From IMG/VR virus record IMGVR_UViG_3300032053_000053, positions 6,734 through 70,733 of that record: 64,000 nt of DNA; one strand, written 5' to 3'. This stretch comes from a virus. A program made the translations under genes and the position numbers. Below the pieces are notes generated by a model, which searched no databases, was not told the DNA's origin, and saw only the letters and a list, made by a program, of their open reading frames with translations. This document shows, one piece after another, positions 60,671 through 64,000 of this stretch (position 1 is its first letter; every line of letters begins with the position of its first letter).

Positions 60671-63313
60671 ATGACAACCGCCTTTGGACCGATAACGCTT
60701 GGAAGAGATTATAATTTTTTCAAGAAAATAACCGTTATTAATAATATTTTTAGTGCAGATTGCGATGTAGTTATTACATTTTCAGTTGATTGTTTGTCAA
60801 TATTAAACGAGGGAACTGGTGTAATTGAGGTTTCATTTAATGGGTCGACAGTTCATGCAGAATTAAACCCTAATACAAACACATCAAATATTAATATTCG
60901 CTCTTCAGGTATTAGCAAAATATGGCTTAGATTAAAGTCTGGCGCAGCATCAACTGTTAGAATTCAGAGCAATTCAGAAGTAGCAACAGCTATAACATCA
61001 CCTATTACTATTTCAGGATCAGTAACTGCTAATAATAGCTCAGTTGGGCTTGATGATATTGCGGCCCCAGCCGATTCCACTAAATTAGGAGGATTGGACT
61101 CGTCTAATAATCTTAGGGCTTTAAAAGTTTTTGATTTAGATACTGGGGCAGGTATAGATTATAATTTGGGCATAAGTTTAAGATTACCTGCTGGTGGAGG
61201 ATCTGTGGTCGGTGGAACTACAGCTAATCCAATAAAAATAGATCCAACTGGAACAACCACACAGCCAATTTCGGTCGCATCTTTACCATTACCAACAGGC
61301 GCAGCTCTTGATGCAACATTACTAACAATAGATACAGATATTAAAGCTACACAGCCAAGAGATGTTACAGATAGAGCTGCTCGTTTGCTTGGGATAGTAT
61401 ATGGGTCTCAAAACCAACAACTTAAACAAACCCCAACTAATTTTAATTTGCAGTCAGAGATTGCTGTTGGCGGCACACTAATTGATCCGAGGTCTATTAG
61501 GGCACTAACAAGTTCAGACGTTATAACTGTAAACGCCGGATCTGGTACGTTCACTGTTTCGGGAACTGTTACATCTAATATTGGGACAACTAATGGGTTA
61601 GCTCTTGATGCAACATTAATAGGTGGAACTCAAACAACCAGAATAACTGATGGTACTAATACGGCTACAGTTAAAGCTGCATCTACTGCCGCTGTTTCCA
61701 CTGATAAAGCATTGGTGGTAACTCTTTCTCCTAATAATTCGGTTGTTTCTAATGCAGATGGATATACAACCACTTCTGCTCCAGCATATACAAATAATAC
61801 TTTTAGCCCTTTATCATTAACTACCGTTGGAAATTTAAGAGTTGACGGGTCATCTGTTACACAACCAGTATCTGGAACTGTTACATCTAATATTGGGACA
61901 ACTAATGGGTTAGCTCTTGATACGTCTGTAGCAAAATTAAATATTTCACAGGGGTCAGCTTTAGGCACTAATACTCAGGCGATGGTTGGAGGTAGCGTAT
62001 CATCAGCCTCACCTACTTATACTGATGGATATATAAATCCGCTTTCTCTTACAACATCTGGTGCGTTGCGAGTTTATAATAGCAACACTGCCACCGCTCA
62101 ATCAGTGGCATTTGCAGATGGGGCAGGGCTAGATTCATTTGGAAGATTAAGAATATCATCTCCACATACTTTATTTGATTGTAAACAATTAATAGATAAT
62201 CAACCACTAATATTTGATGATCAGCAAACTAGCGGGTCCGGAACATCATCTACATTTTTAACGAATCAATCATCATCAAAATTATCAGTTAGTAATTTGA
62301 CAGCTGGAACAAGGGTAAGACAAACATTTACTAGGTTTAATTATCAACCAGGAAAAAGCTTTCTTGTCACGGAAACGGGTGTGCTCGGGGCAGGAGCATC
62401 GGGAATTACCAGAAGGGTAGGTTATTTCGATCAAAATAACGGGGTATTTTTTCAAATATCCGGGACTATAAAAAGTGTGGTTGTTAGAACCAGTACCAGC
62501 GGAGCCCCTGTAGATAATGTAATTCCGCAAAGCACGTGGAATTTAGATAAATTGGATGGTACTGGTGTAAGTGGAATAACATTTGATTCATCTAAAACAC
62601 AAATATTTATGATAGATTTTCAGTGGCTTGGTGTTGGCCGTATAAGATTTGGTCTTAATATTAATGGAAAAACAATATATGTCCATGAAATTGATAATTC
62701 TAACGTTCTTTCGGTTGTATATATGTCAGTACCTAATTTGCCAATCAGATATGAAATCTCTAATAATGGGACTGGCCCTGCCGCAGATTTAATTCATATT
62801 TGTTCATCTGTAATTGTAGAGGGAGGAAGGGAATCGACTGGTATTGTACTTTCTGCAGATAGAGGTTCAACACCATTAGTTACTCTTAATGATAGCAATA
62901 TATATCCATTAATATCTATTAGATTAAAATCTATAGCTCAAATGGCATCACTAAGCCCAATATCATTTTGCGTTGTATGTACGTCTAATACTATATATAG
63001 AGCGTCTCTTTTACTAAACCCAACGATAGTAGGAACTGCTCTTACGTACACGCCTATCACCGGTAGCGTTACAGATATTAGTAATACATCTACAAATGCT
63101 ACTACTGTTACTGGCGGCACATTAATTCAATCATTTTATGTAGATGTCAATGCCTCATCATCACCACAGGTAACCTTGAATGATATTCCAAGCGATCTGC
63201 GCATTGGCTCTACAATAGCCGGAGTATCTGATATTTTAGTATTGGCGATACAAAGAATAACCGGAACCACTGAAACTTTTTATGCTTCAATGATATGGCG
63301 TGAACAAAATTAA
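60671..63313 (+). CDS. Fibre/spike-like structural protein, partial paralogue of 54201..57869 (2 DGY motifs)
   Basis: Shares IDPTGTTTQP, LSLTT.G.LRVDGS.VTQPVSG, KxASTAAV..D..LVVT.SPN and FQWLGVG segments. Confidence 0.65.
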   Translation: MTTAFGPITLGRDYNFFKKITVINNIFSADCDVVITFSVDCLSILNEGTGVIEVSFNGSTVHAELNPNTNTSNINIRSSGISKIWLRLKSGAASTVRIQSNSEVATAITSPITISGSVTANNSSVGLDDIAAPADSTKLGGLDSSNNLRALKVFDLDTGAGIDYNLGISLRLPAGGGSVVGGTTANPIKIDPTGTTTQPISVASLPLPTGAALDATLLTIDTDIKATQPRDVTDRAARLLGIVYGSQNQQLKQTPTNFNLQSEIAVGGTLIDPRSIRALTSSDVITVNAGSGTFTVSGTVTSNIGTTNGLALDATLIGGTQTTRITDGTNTATVKAASTAAVSTDKALVVTLSPNNSVVSNADGYTTTSAPAYTNNTFSPLSLTTVGNLRVDGSSVTQPVSGTVTSNIGTTNGLALDTSVAKLNISQGSALGTNTQAMVGGSVSSASPTYTDGYINPLSLTTSGALRVYNSNTATAQSVAFADGAGLDSFGRLRISSPHTLFDCKQLIDNQPLIFDDQQTSGSGTSSTFLTNQSSSKLSVSNLTAGTRVRQTFTRFNYQPGKSFLVTETGVLGAGASGITRRVGYFDQNNGVFFQISGTIKSVVVRTSTSGAPVDNVIPQSTWNLDKLDGTGVSGITFDSSKTQIFMIDFQWLGVGRIRFGLNINGKTIYVHEIDNSNVLSVVYMSVPNLPIRYEISNNGTGPAADLIHICSSVIVEGGRESTGIVLSADRGSTPLVTLNDSNIYPLISIRLKSIAQMASLSPISFCVVCTSNTIYRASLLLNPTIVGTALTYTPITGSVTDISNTSTNATTVTGGTLIQSFYVDVNASSSPQVTLNDIPSDLRIGSTIAGVSDILVLAIQRITGTTETFYASMIWREQN
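61562..61921 (+). repeat. Identical 48-bp direct repeat x2 inside the fibre gene
   Basis: GGAACTGTTACATCTAATATTGGGACAACTAATGGGTTAGCTCTTGAT at 61562 and 61874. Confidence 0.9.
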
Positions 63314-63314
63314 T

Positions 63315-63950
63315 TTATCTTCTATTTCCGTCTGCCAAGTTTTGTTTTGCTGAATAAGGTCTAAGATTTTTAAGCTCCCAACATTTATTAAAATCTATTT
63401 GTTGCATGTTTGTGAAATGAAATTTGCTTTGAGGAATAATATGGTCTATATTCCATTTCCAAGTTAATTTGTCATTATCATCCCAGTATTTAATGCGATA
63501 TTCCCCGTAATTTTGCCAATTCATCCATGGTTGAAATTGTTTTTCTAAATGTTGCTTTAAATCATCGATGGAATAATTAAGATATTTTAATATTGACCTA
63601 TGTCCTTTTGTTGAGCCTCTGATTTTGATCGCCTCTCTTACAGACCTTGATATATTGCTTTTTAATTTGTAGCTTATATTTTGCCTACGAGTTTTCCCAT
63701 AATTGACCTTGTATTTTTTTTTACAACTGAGCCGGCATTGTTCACAAAACTTCCCATATTTAATTAAAATAGCGTCACATTCTGTGCATATATATTGTTT
63801 TTTATTTTTCTGGTAAAATATGAAATTTCTTTTTACTATACATTTTTTGCAATATGATGTTAAATTGTCTTTTGTATGCTTTGATTTAAAAAATAAAGTT
63901 AATTCTTTAACTTCCTCACATTTTGAGCACCGCTTTTTTTCATGCACCAA
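63315..63950 (-). CDS. HNH endonuclease (WxIDHIIP type)
   Basis: CSKC/CKKC zinc finger; WNIDHIIPQS...NLRPYSAKQN. Confidence 0.82.
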   Translation of the reverse strand: MVHEKKRCSKCEEVKELTLFFKSKHTKDNLTSYCKKCIVKRNFIFYQKNKKQYICTECDAILIKYGKFCEQCRLSCKKKYKVNYGKTRRQNISYKLKSNISRSVREAIKIRGSTKGHRSILKYLNYSIDDLKQHLEKQFQPWMNWQNYGEYRIKYWDDNDKLTWKWNIDHIIPQSKFHFTNMQQIDFNKCWELKNLRPYSAKQNLADGNRR

Positions 63951-64000
63951 TATCAGTTTTTTTTTGTTTTTTGAAACCGTTGTGATATAACGATTTGCAT

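Noticed and set aside
61562-61921. Diversity-generating retroelement TR/VR pair
   Set aside because: Copies are identical with no adenine-specific mismatches, both lie mid-gene, and no reverse transcriptase is present.
1094-63120. Numerous 60-145 aa antisense or overlapping ORFs in the track
   Set aside because: Shadow ORFs of longer motif-bearing genes with no independent RBS or motifs.
1-64000. Alternative genetic code (stop codon reassignment)
   Set aside because: Genes are full length and tightly packed under the standard code, and TAA, TAG and TGA all end genes.

Overview
AT-rich window from a large (probably jumbo) tailed-phage genome, covering the virion morphogenesis region. It encodes a gpA-like terminase large subunit, a portal with two related LAGLIDADG inteins, a protease-scaffold fusion, about 20 putative internal head proteins, two decoration-like proteins, an HK97-like major capsid protein and several Thr/Gly-rich surface proteins. 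Accessory enzymes are a CCA/poly(A)-type nucleotidyltransferase, a GH73-like hydrolase, a Cys-based phosphatase, an NDT-NUDIX fusion, a DUF2156-like protein beside a DNA methyltransferase, and a patatin. From 25 kb onward 15 free-standing homing endonuclease genes are interleaved with structural genes. Top observations: (1) the tripeptide DGY occurs 27 times (hand count) in six putative surface proteins and I saw none in other genes, a candidate virion-modification sequon; (2) a recurrent K-x-A motif and shared modules in head proteins, a candidate processing/targeting code; (3) an unannotated -1 frame extension at an A9 run; (4) a non-coding block with paired palindromic repeats and a possible structured RNA (candidate origin); (5) synonymously recoded patches next to homing endonucleases. 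All functions are inferred from motifs by eye; no searches were run.
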